A DNA stretch of 64,000 bases from the human T2T-CHM13v2.0 reference genome, Homo sapiens, in the NCBI RefSeq assembly GCF_009914755.1, contig NC_060939.1; one strand, written 5' to 3'. Positions 42,150 to 58,319 of the stretch are shown here, in pieces. Position 1 is the stretch's first letter, and each line of letters starts with the position of its first letter. The translations under genes were made by a program, and so were the position numbers. The notes beneath the pieces are model-generated. The model saw only the letters and a list, made by a program, of their open reading frames with translations, did not search any database and was not told where the DNA came from.

Positions 42150-45100
42150 TTCCTTTACGTTCTTTTCATTTCTTATCCATTTCAAGCCATTCCACTCCAT
42201 TCCATTCCACTCGTTTCCTTTCCATTCGAGTCCATTCCTCTCCAGTCCGTTCCGTTCAATCCATTCCATTCCAGTCCATTCCATTCGAGTCCGTTCCATT
42301 CCAGTCCATTCCATTCGAGTCAATTCCATTCCATTCGATGTCTTTCCATAACGATCCATTCCATTCTATTCCTTTCGATTCCATTCCATTCTATTTCATT
42401 CCATTCGATTCCCTTCCATTGGACTCCTTTCCATTCGAGTGCATTCCATTCCATTCCATTTCTTTCCGTTCTGTACGATTCCTACCGTTCGATTTCATTT
42501 TGTTCCAGTCCATTCTTTCGCGTCCATTCCATTCCATTTCACTCCATTCGATTCCATTCCACTCGATTCCACTTCGTTCCATTTCATTGCATTCCATTCT
42601 ATTCAACTCTATTGCCTTCCATTCCATTTCATTCGATTACATTCCATGCGATTCCATTCGAAATCGAATCAATTACATTGCAATCCATTACTATTGAGTC
42701 CGTTTTATTCCAGTCCACTGCATTCTGGTCCATTCCATTTGATTCCATTCCATTCTATTCCATTCCATACAGTTGCATTCCATTGGATTCCATGCTATAT
42801 CTATAAATTCAATTCGAGACCATTGCTTTTGAGTCCATTCTACATGATTCCATTCCATTCAAGTCCATTACATTTGGTTCAATTCCATTCCATTCCATTC
42901 CCTTCCATTCCATTCCATTTGATATCAATCCATTCGATTCCATTCCATTCGAGCACATTCCATTCCACTCCATTCCATTCGATGCCATTCCATTTGATTC
43001 TATTCCATTAGTCTCCATTCAATTCCATTAATCTCCATTCCATTCCATTCTACTCCAACTGATTCCATTCCATTCTATTCCTTTCCATTCCATTTCATTC
43101 CATTCCATTCCATTTCATTCCATTCCATTCCATTCGTGTCCATTCCACTCCAGTCCATTCCATTCGTGTCCATTCCATTCCAGTCCATTCCATTTTTGTC
43201 CACTGCATTCCATTCCACTCCATTCCATATTATTCCATTACACTCCATTCCATTCTATTACTTTCATTTCCATTCAATTCCATTCCATTTGATTCCATTC
43301 CACTCGGTTTCATTCCATTTGAGTCCACTCCATTCCATTCCATTCCATTCAGTTCCATTCCATTCTGTTCCATTCCATTCCGTTCCATTACATTCCATTC
43401 CATTCGGTACCATTCCATATTGTTCCATTCGATTCCATTCGAATCCATTCCATTCCAGTCCATTCCATTCGATTCCATTCCATTCATTTCAATTCCATTC
43501 CATTCCATTCCATTCCATTCCACTTGATTCCTCTCCATTCCCTTCCACTGCATTCCGTTCGATTCCATTCCATTGCATTGCATTCCATTCCATTGGATTG
43601 CATTCCATTCGATTCCATTCCATTCGAATCAATTACATAGCAATCCATTACATTCGAGTCTATTCTCTTCCGTTCCATTCGATTTCATTCCAATCCATTC
43701 GATTCCATTCCATTCGATTCCATTCCATACTATTGCATTCCATTCGATTACATTATATTCGAATAAGTTCCATTCAAGACCATTTCTTTTGACTCCATTC
43801 TATTTGAGTCCATTCCCTTTGATTCCATAACATTTGAGTCCATTCAATTCCATTCCTTTCGTTTCCATTCCATTTGATGCCATTCCATTCAATTCTGTTC
43901 TACTCGACTCCAATACATTCAATTCCATTCCATCCGATTCCATTACATTCTTTTCATTTCTTATCCATTTCAAGCCATTCCACTCCATTCCATTCCACTC
44001 GTTTCCTTTCCATTCGAGTCCATTCCTCTCCAGTCCATTCCGTTCAATCCATTCCATTCCAGTCCATTCCATTCGAGTCCGTTCCATTCCAGTCCATTCC
44101 ATTCGAGTCAATTCCATTCCATTCGATGTCTTTCCATAACGATCCATTCCATTCTATTCCTTTCGATTCCATTCCATTCTATTTCATTCCATTCGATTCC
44201 CTTCCATTGGACTCCTTTCCATTCGAGTGCATTCCATTCCGTTCCATTTCTTTCCGTTCTGTACGATTCCTACCGTTCGATTTCATTTTGTTCCAGTCCA
44301 TTCCTTTCGCGTCCATTCCATTCCATTTCACTGCATTCGATTCCATTCCATTCGATTCCATTCTACTCGATTCCACTTCGTTCCATTTCATTGCATTCCA
44401 TTCTATTCAACTCTATTTCCTTCCATTCCATTCCATTCGATTACATTCCATGCGATTCCATTCGAAATCGAATCAATTACATTGAAATTCATTACTATTT
44501 AGTCCGTTTTATTCCAGTCCACTGCATTCTGGTCCATTCCATTTGATTCCATTCCATTGTATTCCATTCCATACAGTTGCATTCCATTGGATTCCATGCT
44601 ATATCTATAAATTCAATTCGAGACCATTGCTTTTGAGTCCATTCTATATGATTCCATTCCATTCAAGTCCATTACATTTGGTTCAATCCCATTCAATTCC
44701 ATTCCCTTCCATTCCATTCCATTTGATATCAATCCATTCGATTCCATTCCATTCGAGCACATTCCATTCGAGTCCATTCCATTCGATGCCATTCCATTTG
44801 ATTCTATTCCATTAGTCTCCATTCAATTCCATTAATCTCCTTTCCATTCCATTCTACTCCAACTGATTCCATTCCATTCTATTCCTTTCCATTCCATTTC
44901 ATTCCATTCCATTCCATTTCATTCCATTCCATTCCATTCGTGTCCATTCCACTCCAGTCCATTCCATTCGTGTCCATTCCATTCCAGTCCATTCCATTTG
45001 TGTCCACTGCATTCCATTCCACTCCATTCCATATTATTCCATTACACTCCATTCCATTCTATTACTTTCATTTCCATTCAATTCCATTCCATTTGATTCC

Positions 45101-48100
45101 ATTCCACTCGGTTTCATTCCATTTGAGTCCACTCCATTCCATTCCATTCCATTCCATTCAGTTCCATTCCATTCTGTTCCATTCCATTCCGTTCCATTAC
45201 ATTCCATTCCATTCGGTACCATTCCATATTGTTCCATTCGATTCCATTCGAATCCATTCCATTCCAGTCCATTCCATTCGATTCCATTCCATTCATTTCA
45301 ATTCCATTCCATTCCATTCCATTCCATTCCACTTGATTCCTCTCCATTCCCTTCCACTGCATTCCGTTCGATTCCATTCCATTGCATTGCATTCCATTCC
45401 ATTGGATTGCATTCCATTCGATTCCATTCCATTCGAATCAATTACATAGCAATCCATTACATTCGAGTCTATTCTCTTCCGTTCCATTCGATTTCGTTCC
45501 AATCCATTCGATTCCATTCCATTCGATTCCATTCCATACTATTGCATTCCATTCGATTACATTATATTCGAATAAGTTCCATTCAAGACCATTTCTTTTG
45601 AGTCCATTCTATTTGAGTCCATTCCCTTTGATTCCATAACATTTGAGTCCATTCAATTCCATTCCTTTCGTTTCCATTCCATTTGATGCCATTCCATTCA
45701 ATTCTGTTCTACTCGACTCCAATACATTCAATTCCATTCCATCCGATTCCATTACGTTCTTTTCATTTCTTATCCATTTCAAGCCATTCCACTCCATTCC
45801 ATTCCACTCGTTTCCTTTCCATTCGAGTCCATTCCTCTCCAGTCCGTTCCGTTCAATCCATTCCATTCCAGTCCATTCCATTCGAGTCCGTTCCATTCCA
45901 GTCCATTCCATTCGAGTCAATTCCATTCCATTCGATGTCTTTCCATAACGATCCATTCCATTCTATTCCTTTCGATTCCATTCCATTCTATTTCATTCCA
46001 TTCGATTCCCTTCCATTGGACTCCTTTCCATTCGAGTGCATTCCATTCCATTCCATTTCTTTCCGTTCTGTACGATTCCTACCGTTCGATTTCATTTTGT
46101 TCCAGTCCATTCTTTCGCGTCCATTCCATTCCATTTCACTCCATTCGATTCCATTCCACTCGATTCCACTTCGTTCCATTTCATTGCATTCCATTCTATT
46201 CAACTCTATTGCCTTCCATTCCATTTCATTCGATTACATTCCATGCGATTCCATTCGAAATCGAATCAATTACATTGCAATCCATTACTATTGAGTCCGT
46301 TTTATTCCAGTCCACTGCATTCTGGTCCATTCCATTTGATTCCATTCCATTCTATTCCATTCCATACAGTTGCATTCCATTGGATTCCATGCTATATCTA
46401 TAAATTCAATTCGAGACCATTGCTTTTGAGTCCATTCTACATGATTCCATTCCATTCAAGTCCATTACATTTGGTTCAATTCCATTCCATTCCATTCCCT
46501 TCCATTCCATTCCATTTGATATCAATCCATTCGATTCCATTCCATTCGAGCACATTCCATTCCACTCCATTCCATTCGATGCCATTCCATTTGATTCTAT
46601 TCCATTAGTCTCCATTCAATTCCATTAATCTCCATTCCATTCCATTCTACTCCAACTGATTCCATTCCATTCTATTCCTTTCCATTCCATTTCATTCCAT
46701 TCCATTCCATTTCATTCCATTCCATTCCATTCGTGTCCATTCCACTCCAGTCCATTCCATTCGTGTCCATTCCATTCCAGTCCATTCCATTTTTGTCCAC
46801 TGCATTCCATTCCACTCCATTCCATATTATTCCATTACACTCCATTCCATTCTATTACTTTCATTTCCATTCAATTCCATTCCATTTGATTCCATTCCAC
46901 TCGGTTTCATTCCATTTGAGTCCACTCCATTCCATTCCATTCCATTCAGTTCCATTCCATTCTGTTCCATTCCATTCCGTTCCATTACATTCCATTCCAT
47001 TCGGTACCATTCCATATTGTTCCATTCGATTCCATTCGAATCCATTCCATTCCAGTCCATTCCATTCGATTCCATTCCATTCATTTCAATTCCATTCCAT
47101 TCCATTCCATTCCATTCCACTTGATTCCTCTCCATTCCCTTCCACTGCATTCCGTTCGATTCCATTCCATTGCATTGCATTCCATTCCATTGGATTGCAT
47201 TCCATTCGATTCCATTCCATTCGAATCAATTACATAGCAATCCATTACATTCGAGTCTATTCTCTTCCGTTCCATTCGATTTCATTCCAATCCATTCGAT
47301 TCCATTCCATTCGATTCCATTCCATACTATTGCATTCCATTCGATTACATTATATTCGAATAAGTTCCATTCAAGACCATTTCTTTTGACTCCATTCTAT
47401 TTGAGTCCATTCCCTTTGATTCCATAACATTTGAGTCCATTCAATTCCATTCCTTTCGTTTCCATTCCATTTGATGCCATTCCATTCAATTCTGTTCTAC
47501 TCGACTCCAATACATTCAATTCCATTCCATCCGATTCCATTACATTCTTTTCATTTCTTATCCATTTCAAGCCATTCCACTCCATTCCATTCCACTCGTT
47601 TCCTTTCCATTCGAGTCCATTCCTCTCCAGTCCATTCCGTTCAATCCATTCCATTCCAGTCCATTCCATTCGAGTCCGTTCCATTCCAGTCCATTCCATT
47701 CGAGTCAATTCCATTCCATTCGATGTCTTTCCATAACGATCCATTCCATTCTATTCCTTTCGATTCCATTCCATTCTATTTCATTCCATTCGATTCCCTT
47801 CCATTGGACTCCTTTCCATTCGAGTGCATTCCATTCCGTTCCATTTCTTTCCGTTCTGTACGATTCCTACCGTTCGATTTCATTTTGTTCCAGTCCATTC
47901 CTTTCGCGTCCATTCCATTCCATTTCACTGCATTCGATTCCATTCCATTCGATTCCATTCTACTCGATTCCACTTCGTTCCATTTCATTGCATTCCATTC
48001 TATTCAACTCTATTTCCTTCCATTCCATTCCATTCGATTACATTCCATGCGATTCCATTCGAAATCGAATCAATTACATTGAAATTCATTACTATTTAGT

Positions 48101-48450
48101 CCGTTTTATTCCAGTCCACTGCATTCTGGTCCATTCCATTTGATTCCATTCCATTCTATTCCATTCCATACAGTTGCATTCCATTGGATTCCATGCTATA
48201 TCTATAAATTCAATTCGAGACCATTGCTTTTGAGTCCATTCTATATGATTCCATTCCATTCAAGTCCATTACATTTGGTTCAATTCCATTCAATTCCATT
48301 CCCTTCCATTCCATTCCATTTGATATCAATCCATTCGATTCCATTCCATTCGAGCACATTCCATTCGAGTCCATTCCATTCGATGCCATTCCATTTGATT
48401 CTATTCCATTAGTCTCCATTCAATTCCATTAATCTCCTTTCCATTCCATT
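42150..48450 (+). repeat. Tandem two-unit duplication, period 3,597 bp (U24b-U25 repeated as U26b-U27)
   Basis: Shared at offset 3597: TTACGTTCTT, CCAGTCCGTTCCG, CATTCTTTCGCG (1-bp deletion, 42511/46108), CTACATGATT, CATTTTTGTCC, GATTTCATTCC, TTTTGACTCC, TCACTGCATTCG with the 15-bp insertion, CTATTTCCTTCC. Confidence 0.9.
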
Positions 48451-51400
48451 CTACTCCAACTGATTCCATTCCATTCTATTCCTTTCCATTCCATTTCATT
48501 CCATTCCATTCCATTTCATTCCATTCCATTCCATTCGTGTCCATTCCACTCCAGTCCATTCCATTCGTGTCCATTCCATTCCAGTCCATTCCATTTGTGT
48601 CCACTGCATTCCATTCCACTCCATTCCATATTATTCCATTACACTCCATTCCATTCTATTACTTTCATTTCCATTCAATTCCATTCCATTTGATTCCATT
48701 CCACTCGGTTTCATTCCATTTGAGTCCACTCCATTCCATTCCATTCCATTCCATTCAGTTCCATTCCATTCTGTTCCATTCCATTCCGTTCCATTACATT
48801 CCATTCCATTCGGTACCATTCCATATTGTTCCATTCGATTCCATTCGAATCCATTCCATTCCAGTCCATTCCATTCGATTCCATTCCATTCATTTCAATT
48901 CCATTCCATTCCATTCCATTCCATTCCACTTGATTCCTCTCCATTCCCTTCCACTGCATTCCGTTCGATTCCATTCCATTGCATTGCATTCCATTCCATT
49001 GGATTGCATTCCATTCGATTCCATTCCATTCGAATCAATTACATAGCAATCCATTACATTCGAGTCTATTCTCTTCCGTTCCATTCGATTTCGTTCCAAT
49101 CCATTCGATTCCATTCCATTCGATTCCATTCCATACTATTGCATTCCATTCGATTACATTATATTCGAATAAGTTCCATTCAAGACCATTTCTTTTGAGT
49201 CCATTCTATTTGAGTCCATTCCCTTTGATTCCATAACATTTGAGTCCATTCAATTCCATTCCTTTCGTTTCCATTCCATTTGATGCCATTCCATTCAATT
49301 CTGTTCTACTCGACTCCAATACATTCAATTCCATTCCATCCGATTCCATTACATTCTTTTCATTTCTTATCCATTTCAAGCCATTCCACTCCATTCCATT
49401 CCACTCGTTTCCTTTCCATTCGAGTCCATTCCTCTCCAGTCCATTCCGTTCAATCCATTCCATTCCAGTCCATTCCATTCGAGTCCGTTCCATTCCAGTC
49501 CATTCCATTCGAGTCAATTCCATTCCATTCGATGTCTTTCCATAACGATCCATTCCATTCTATTCCTTTCGATTCCATTCCATTCTATTTCATTCCATTC
49601 GATTCCCTTCCATTGGACTCCTTTCCATTCGAGTGCATTCCATTCCTTTCCATTTCTTTCCGTTCTGTACGATTCCTACCGTTCGATTTCATTTTGTTCC
49701 AGTCCATTCCTTTCGCGTCCATTCCATTCCATTTCACTCCATTCGATTCCATTCCACTCGATTCCACTTCGTTCCATTTCATTGCATTCCATTCTATTCA
49801 ACTCTATTGCCTTCCATTCCATTCCATTCGATTACATTCCATGCGATTCCATTCGAAATCGAATCAATTACATTGCAATCCATTACTATTGAGTCCGTTT
49901 TATTCCAGTCCACTGCATTCTGGTCCATTCCATTTGATTCCATTCCATTCTATTCCATTCCATACAGTTGCATTCCATTGGATTCCATGCTATATCTATA
50001 AATTCAATTCGAGACCATTGCTTTTGAGTCCATTCTATATGATTCCATTCCATTCAAGTCCATTACATTTGGTTCAATTCCATTCCATTCCATTCCCTTC
50101 CATTACATTCCATTTGATATCAATCCATTCGATTCCATTCCATTCGAGCACATTCCATTCGAGTCCATTCCATTCGATGCCATTCCATTTGATTCTATTC
50201 CATTAGTCTCCATTCAATTCCATTAATCTCCATTCCATTCCATTCTACTCCAACTGATTCCATTCCATTCTATTCCTTTCCATTCCATTTCATTCCATTC
50301 CATTCCATTTCATTCCATTCCATTCCATTCGTGTCCATTCCACTCCAGTCTATTCCATTCGTGTCCATTCCATTCCAGTCCATTCCATTTGTGTCCACTG
50401 CATTCCATTCCACTCCATTCCATATTATTCCATTACACTCCATTCCATTCTATTACTTTCATTTCCATTCAATTCCATTCCATTTGATTCCATTCCACTC
50501 GGTTTCATTCCATTTGAGTCCACTCCATTCCATTCCATTCCATTCCATTCAGTTCCATTCCATTCTGTTCCATTCCATTCCGTTCCATTACATTCCATTC
50601 CATTCGGTACCATTCCATATTGTTCCATTCGATTCCATTCGAATCCATTCCATTCCAGTCCATTCCATTCGATTCCATTCCATTCATTTCAATTCCATTC
50701 CATTCCATTCCATTACATTCCACTTGATTCCTCTCCATTCCCTTCCACTGCATTCGGTTCGATTCCATTCCATTGCATTGCATTCCATTCCATTGGATTG
50801 CATTCCTTTCGATTCCATTCCATTCGAATCAATTACATAGCAATCCATTACATTCGAGTCTATTCTCTTCCATTCCATTCGATTTCGTTCCAATCCATTC
50901 GATTCCATTCCATTCGATTCCATTCCATACTATTGCATTCCATTCGATTACATTATATTCGAATAAGTTCCATTCAAGACCATTTCTTTTGAGTCCATTC
51001 TATTTGAGTCCATTCCCTTTGATTCCATAACATTTGAGTCCATTCAATTCCATTCCTTTCGTTTCCATTCCATTTGATGCCATTCCATTCAATTCTGTTC
51101 TACTCGACTCCAATACATTCAATTCCATTCCATCCGATTCCATTACATTCTTTTCATTTCTTATCCATTTCAAGCCATTCCACTCCATTCCATTCCACTC
51201 GTTTCCTTTCCATTCGAGTCCATTCCTCTCCAGTCCATTCCGTTCAATCCATTCCATTCCAGTCCATTCCATTCGAGTCCGTTCCATTCCAGTCCATTCC
51301 ATTCGAGTCAATTCCATCCCATTCGATGTCTTTCCATAACGATCCATTCCATTCTATTCCTTTTGATTCCATTCCATTCTATTTCATTCCATTCGATTCC

Positions 51401-51889
51401 CTTCCATTGGACTCCTTTCCATTCGAGTGCATTCCATTCCGTTCCATTTCTTTCCGTTCTGTACGATTCCTACCGTTCGATTTCATTTTGTTCCAGTCCA
51501 TTCCTTTCGCGTCCATTCCATTCCATTTCACTCCATTCGATTCCATTCCACTCGATTCCACTTCGTTCCATTTCATTGCATTCCATTCTATTCAACTCTA
51601 TTGCCTTCCATTCCATTCCATTCGATTACATTCCATGCGATTCCATTCGAAATCGAATCAATTACATTGCAATCCATTACTATTGAGTCCGTTTTATTCC
51701 AGTCCACTGCATTCTGGTCCATTCCATTTGATTCCATTCCATTCTATTCCATTCCATACAGTTGCATTCCATTGGATTCCATGCTATATCTATAAATTCA
51801 ATTCGAGACCATTGCTTTTGAGTCCATTCTATATGATTCCATTCCATTCAAGTCCATTACATTTGGTTCAATTCCATTCCATTCCATTC

Positions 51890-54800
51890 CGTTCCATTCC
51901 ATTCCATTTGATATCAATCCATTCGATTCCATTCCATTCGAGCATATTCCATTCGAGTCCATTCCATTCGATGCCATTCCATTTGATTCTATTCCATTAG
52001 TCTCCATTCAATTCCATTAATCTCCATTCCATTCCATTCTACTCCAACTGATTCCATTCCATTCTATTCCTTTCCATTCCATTTCATTCCATTCCATTCC
52101 ATTGCATTCCATTCCATTCCATTCGTGTCCATTCCACTCCAGTCCATTCCATTCGTGTCCATTCCATTCCAGTCCATTCCATTTGTGTCCACTGCATTCC
52201 ATTCCACTCCATTCCATATTATTCCATTACACTCCATTCCATTCTATTACTTTCATTTCCATTCAATTCCATTCCATTTGATTCCATTCCACTCGGTTTC
52301 ATTCCATTTGAGTCCACTCCATTCCATTCCATTCCATTCCATTCAGTTCCATTCCATTCTGTTCCACTCCATTCCGTTCCATTACATTCCATTCCATTCG
52401 GTACCATTCCATATTGTTCCATTCGATTCCATTCGAATCCATTCCATTCCAGTCCATTCCATTCGATTCCATTCCATTCATTTCAATTCCATTCCATTCC
52501 ATTCCATTACATTCCACTTGATTCCTCTCCATTCCCTTCCACTGCATTCCGTTCGATTCCATTCCATTGCATTGCATTCCATTCCATTGGATTGCATTCC
52601 TTTCGATTCCATTCCATTCGAATCAATTACATAGCAATCCATTACATTCGAGTCTATTCTCTTCCGTTCCATTCGATTTCGTTCCAATCCATTCGATTCC
52701 ATTCCATTCGATTCCATTCCATACTATTGCATTCCATTCGATTACATTATATTCGAATAAGTTCCATTCAAGACCATTTCTTTTGAGTCCATTCTATTTG
52801 AGTCCATTCCCTTTGATTCCATAACATTTGAGTCCATTCAATTCCATTCCTTTCGTTTCCATTCCATTTGATGCCATTCCATTCAATTCTGTTCTACTCG
52901 ACTCCAATACATTCAATTCCATTCCATCCGATTCCATTACATTCTTTTCATTTCTTATCCATTTCAAGCCATTCCACTCCATTCCATTCCACTCGTTTCC
53001 TTTCCATTCGAGTCCATTCCTCTCCAGTCCATTCCGTTCAATCCATTCCATTCCAGTCCATTCCATTCGAGTCCGTTCCATTCCAGTCCATTCCATTCGA
53101 GTCAATTCCATCCCATTCGATGTCTTTCCATAACGATCCATTCCATTCTATTCCTTTCGATTCCATTCCATTCTATTTCATTCCATTCGATTCCCTTCCA
53201 TTGGACTCCTTTCCATTCGAGTGCATTCCATTCCGTTCCATTTCTTTCCGTTCTGTACGATTCCTACCGTTCGATTTCATTTTGTTCCAGTCCATTCCTT
53301 TCGCGTCCATTCCATTCCATTTCACTCCATTCGATTCCATTCCACTCGATTCCACTTCGTTCCATTTCATTGCATTCCATTCTATTCAACTCTATTGCCT
53401 TCCATTCCATTCCATTCGATTACATTCCATGCGATTCCATTCGAAATCGAATCAATTACATTGCAATCCATTACTATTGAGTCCGTTTTATTCCAGTCCA
53501 CTGCATTCTGGTCCATTCCATTTGATTCCATTCCATTCTATTCCATTCCATACAGTTGCATTCCATTGGATTCCATGCTATATCTATAAATTCAATTCGA
53601 GACCATTGCTTTTGAGTCCATTCTATATGATTCCATTCCATTCAAGTCCATTACATTTGGTTCAATTCCATTCCATTCCATTCCCTTCCATTCCATTCCA
53701 TTTGATATCAATCCATTCGATTCCATTCCATTCGAGCACATTCCATTCGAGTCCATTCCATTCGATGCCATTCCATTTGATTCTATTCCATTAGTCTCCA
53801 TTCAATTCCATTAATCTCCATTCCATTCCATTCTACTCCAACTGATTCCATTCCATTCTATTCCTTTCCATTCCATTTCATTCCATTCCATTCCATTTCA
53901 TTCCATTCCATTCCATTCGTGTCCATTCCACCCCAGTCCATTCCATTCGTGTCCATTCCATTCCAGTCCATTCCATTTGTGTCCACTGCATTCCATTCCA
54001 CTCCATTCCATATTATTCCATTACACTCCATTCCATTCTATTACTTTCATTTCCATTCAATTCCATTCCATTTGATTCCATTCCACTCGGTTTCATTCCA
54101 TTTGAGTCCACTCCATTCCATTCCATTCCATTCCATTCAGTTCCATTCCATTCTGTTCCATTCCATTCCGTTCCATTACATTCCATTCCATTCGGTACCA
54201 TTCCATATTGTTCCATTCGATTCCATTCGAATCCATTCCATTCCAGTCCATTCCAATCGATTCCAATCCATTCATTTCAATTCCATTCCATTCCATTCCA
54301 TTACATTCCACTTGATTCCTCTCCATTCCCTTCCACTGCATTCCGTTCGATTCCATTCCATTGGATTGCATTCCATTCGATTCCATTCCATTCGAATCAA
54401 TTACACAGCAATCCATTACTTTCGAGTCTATTCTATTCCGTTCCATTCGATTTCGTTCCAATCCATTCGACTCCATTCCATTCGATTCCATTCCATACTA
54501 TTGCATTCCATTCGATTACATTATATTCGAATAAGTTCCATTCAAGACCATTTCTTTTGAGTCCATTCTATTTGAGTCCATTCCCTTTGATTCCATAACA
54601 TTTGAGTCCATTCAATTCCATTCCTTTCGTTTCCATTCCATTTGATGCCATTCCATTCAATTCTGTTCTACTCGACTCCAATACATTCAATTCCATTCCA
54701 TCCGATTCCATTACATTCTTTTCATTTCTTATCCATTTCAAGCCATTCCACTCCATTCCATTCCACTCGTTTCCTTTCCATTCGCGTCCATTCCTCTCCA

Positions 54801-57145
54801 GTCCATTCCGTTCAATCCATTCCATTCCAGTCCATTCCATTCGAGTCCGTTCCATTCCAGTCCATTCCATTCGAGTCAATTCCATCCCATTCGATGTCTT
54901 TCCATAACGATCCATTCCATTCTATTCCTTTCGATTCCATTCCATTCTATTTCATTCCATTCGATTCCCTTCCATTGGACTCCTTTCCATTCGAGTGCAT
55001 TCCATTCCGTTCCATTTCTTTCCGTTCTGTACGATTCCTACCGTTCGATTTCATTTTGTTCCAGTCCATTCCTTTCGCGTCCATTCCATTCCATTTCACT
55101 CCATTCGATTCCATTCCACTCGATTCCACTTCGTTCCATTTCATTGCATTCCATTCTATTCAACTCTATTGCCTTCCATTCCATTCCATTCGATTACATT
55201 CCATGCGATTCCATTCGAAATCGAATCAATTACATTGCAATCCATTACTATTGAGTCCGTTTTATTCCAGTCCACTGCATTCTGGTCCATTCCATTTGAT
55301 TCCATTCCATTCTATTCCATTCCATACAGTTGCATTCCATTGGATTCCATGCTATATCTATAAATTCAATTCGAGACCATTGCTTTTGAGTCCATTCTAT
55401 ATGATTCCATTCCATTCAAGTCCATTACATTTGGTTCAATTCCATTCCATTCCATTCCCTTCCATTCCATTCCATTTGATATCAATCCATTCGATTCCAT
55501 TCCATTCGAGCACATTCCATTCGAGTCCATTCCATTCGATGCCATTCCATTTGATTCTATTCCATTAGTCTCCATTCAATTCCATTAATCTCCATTCCAT
55601 TCCATTCTACTCCAACTGATTCCATTCCATTCTATTCCTTTCCATTCCATTTCATTCCATTCCATTCCATTTAATTCCATTCCATTCCATTCGTGTCCAT
55701 TCCACTCCAGTCCATTCCATTCGTGTCCATTCCATTCCAGTCCATTCCATTTGTGTCCACTGCATTCCATTCCACTCCATTCCATATTATTCCATTACAC
55801 TCCATTCCATTCTATTACTTTCATTTCCATTCAATTCCATTCCATTTGATTCCATTCTACTCGGTTTCATTCCATTTGAGTCCACTCCATTCCATTCCAT
55901 TCCATTCCATTCAGTTCCATTCCATTCTGTTCCATTCCATTCCTTTCCATTACATTCCATTCCATTCGGTACCATTCCATATTGTTCCATTCGATTCCAT
56001 TCGAATCCATTCCATTCCAGTCCATTCCATTCGATTCCATTCCATTCATTTCAATTCCATTCCATTCCATTCCATTCCATTCCACTTGATTCCTCTCCAT
56101 TCCCTTCCACTGCATTCCGTTCGATTCCATTCCATTGCATTGCATTCCATTCCATTGGATTGCATTCCATTCGATTCCATTCCATTCGAATCAATTACAT
56201 AGCAATCCATTACATTCGAGTCTATTCTATTCCGTTCCATTCGATTTCGTTCCAATCCATTCGATTCCATTCCATTCGATTCCATTCCATACTATTGCAT
56301 TCCATTCGATTACATTATATTCGAATAAGTTCCATTCAAGACCATTTCTTTTGAGTCCATTCTATTTGAGTCCATTCCCTTTGATTCCATAACATTTGAG
56401 TCCATTCAATTCCATTCCTTTCGTTTCCATTCCATTTGATGCCATTCCATTCAATTCTGTTCTACTCGACTCCAATACATTCAATTCCATTCCATCCGAT
56501 TCCATTACATTCTTTTCATTTCTTATCCATTTCAAGCCATTCCACTCCATTCCATTCCACTCGTTTCCTTTCCATTCGAGTCCATTCCTCTCCAGTCCAT
56601 TCCGTTCAATCCATTCCATTCCAGTCCATTCCATTCGAGTCCGTTCCATTCCAGTCCATTCCATTCGAGTCAATTCCATTCCATTCGATGTCTTTCCATA
56701 ACGATCCATTCCATTCTATTCCTTTCGATTCCATTCCATTCTATTTCATTCCATTCGATTCCCTTCCATTGGACTCCTTTCCATTCGAGTGCATTCCATT
56801 CCTTTCCATTTCTTTCCGTTCTGTACGATTCGTACCGTTCGATTTCATTTTGTTCCAGTCCATTCCTTTCGCGTCCATTCCATTCCATTTCACTCCATTC
56901 GATTCCATTCCACTCGATTCCACTTCGTTCCATTTCATTGCATTCCATTCTATTCAACTCTATTGCCTTCCATTCCATTCCATTCGATTACATTCCATGC
57001 GATTCCATTCGAAATCGAATCAATTACATTGCAATCCATTACTATTGAGTCCGTTTTATTCCAGTCCACTGCATTCTGTTCCATTCCATTTGATTCCCTT
57101 CCATTCTATTCCATTCCATACAGTTGCATTCCATTGGATTCATGC
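51890..57145 (+). repeat. Long-range duplicate of about 19607-24865 (offset 32,283/32,278 bp, 18 units)
   Basis: Shared rare variants: GAGCATATT (19662/51945), CCACCCCAG, a 20-bp deletion (about 22080/54363), TACACAGCAA, ATTCGTACCG, CATTCTGTTCC in place of CATTCTGGTCC, and the GGATTCATGC 1-bp deletion. Confidence 0.9.
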
Positions 57146-58319
57146 TATATCTATAAATTCAATTCGAGACCATTGCTTTTGAGTCCATTCTATATGATTC
57201 CATTCCATTCAAGTCCATTACATTTGGTTCAATTCCATTCCATTCCATTCCCTTCCATTCCATTCCATTTGATATCAATCCATTCGATTCCATTCCATTC
57301 GAGCACATTCCATTCGAGTCCATTCCATTCGATGCCATTCCATTTGATTCTATTCCATTAGTCTCCATTCAATTCCATTAATCTCCATTCCATTCCATTC
57401 TACTCCAACTGATTCCATTCCATTCTATTCCTTTCCATTCCATTTCATTCCATTCCATTCCATTTCATTCCATTCCATTCCATTCGTGTCCATTCCACTC
57501 CAGTCCATTCCATTCGTGTCCATTCCATTCCAGTCCATTCCATTTGTGTCCACTGCATTCCATTCCACTCCATTCCATATTATTCCATTACACTCCATTC
57601 CATTCTATTACTTTCATTTCCATTCAATTCCATTCCATTTGATTCCATTCCACTCGGTTTCATTCCATTTGAGTCCACTCCATTCCATTCCATTCCATTC
57701 CATTCAGTTCCATTCCATTCTGTTCCATTCCATTCCGTTCCATTACATTCCATTCCATTCGGTACCATTCCATATTGTTCCATTCGATTCCATTCGAATC
57801 CATTCCATTCCAGTCCATTCCATTCGATTCCATTCCATTCATTTCAATTCCATTCCATTCCATTCCATTCCATTCCACTTGATTCCTCTCCATTCCCTTC
57901 CACTGCATTCCGTTCGATTCCATTCCATTGCATTGCATTCCATTCCATTGGATTGCATTCCATTCGATTCCATTCCATTCGAATCAATTACATAGCAATC
58001 CATTACATTCGAGTCTATTCTCTTCCGTTCCATTCGATTTCGTTCCAATCCATTCGATTCCATTCCATTCGATTCCATTCCATACTATTGCATTCCATTC
58101 GATTACATTATATTCGAATAAGTTCCATTCAAGACCATTTCTTTTGAGTCCATTCTATTTGAGTCCATTCCCTTTGATTCCATAACATTTGAGTCCATTC
58201 AATTCCATTCCTTTCGTTTCCATTCCATTTGATGCCATTCCATTCAATTCTGTTCTACTCGACTCCAATACATTCAATTCCATTCCATCCGATTCCATTA
58301 CATTCTTTTCATTTCTTAT

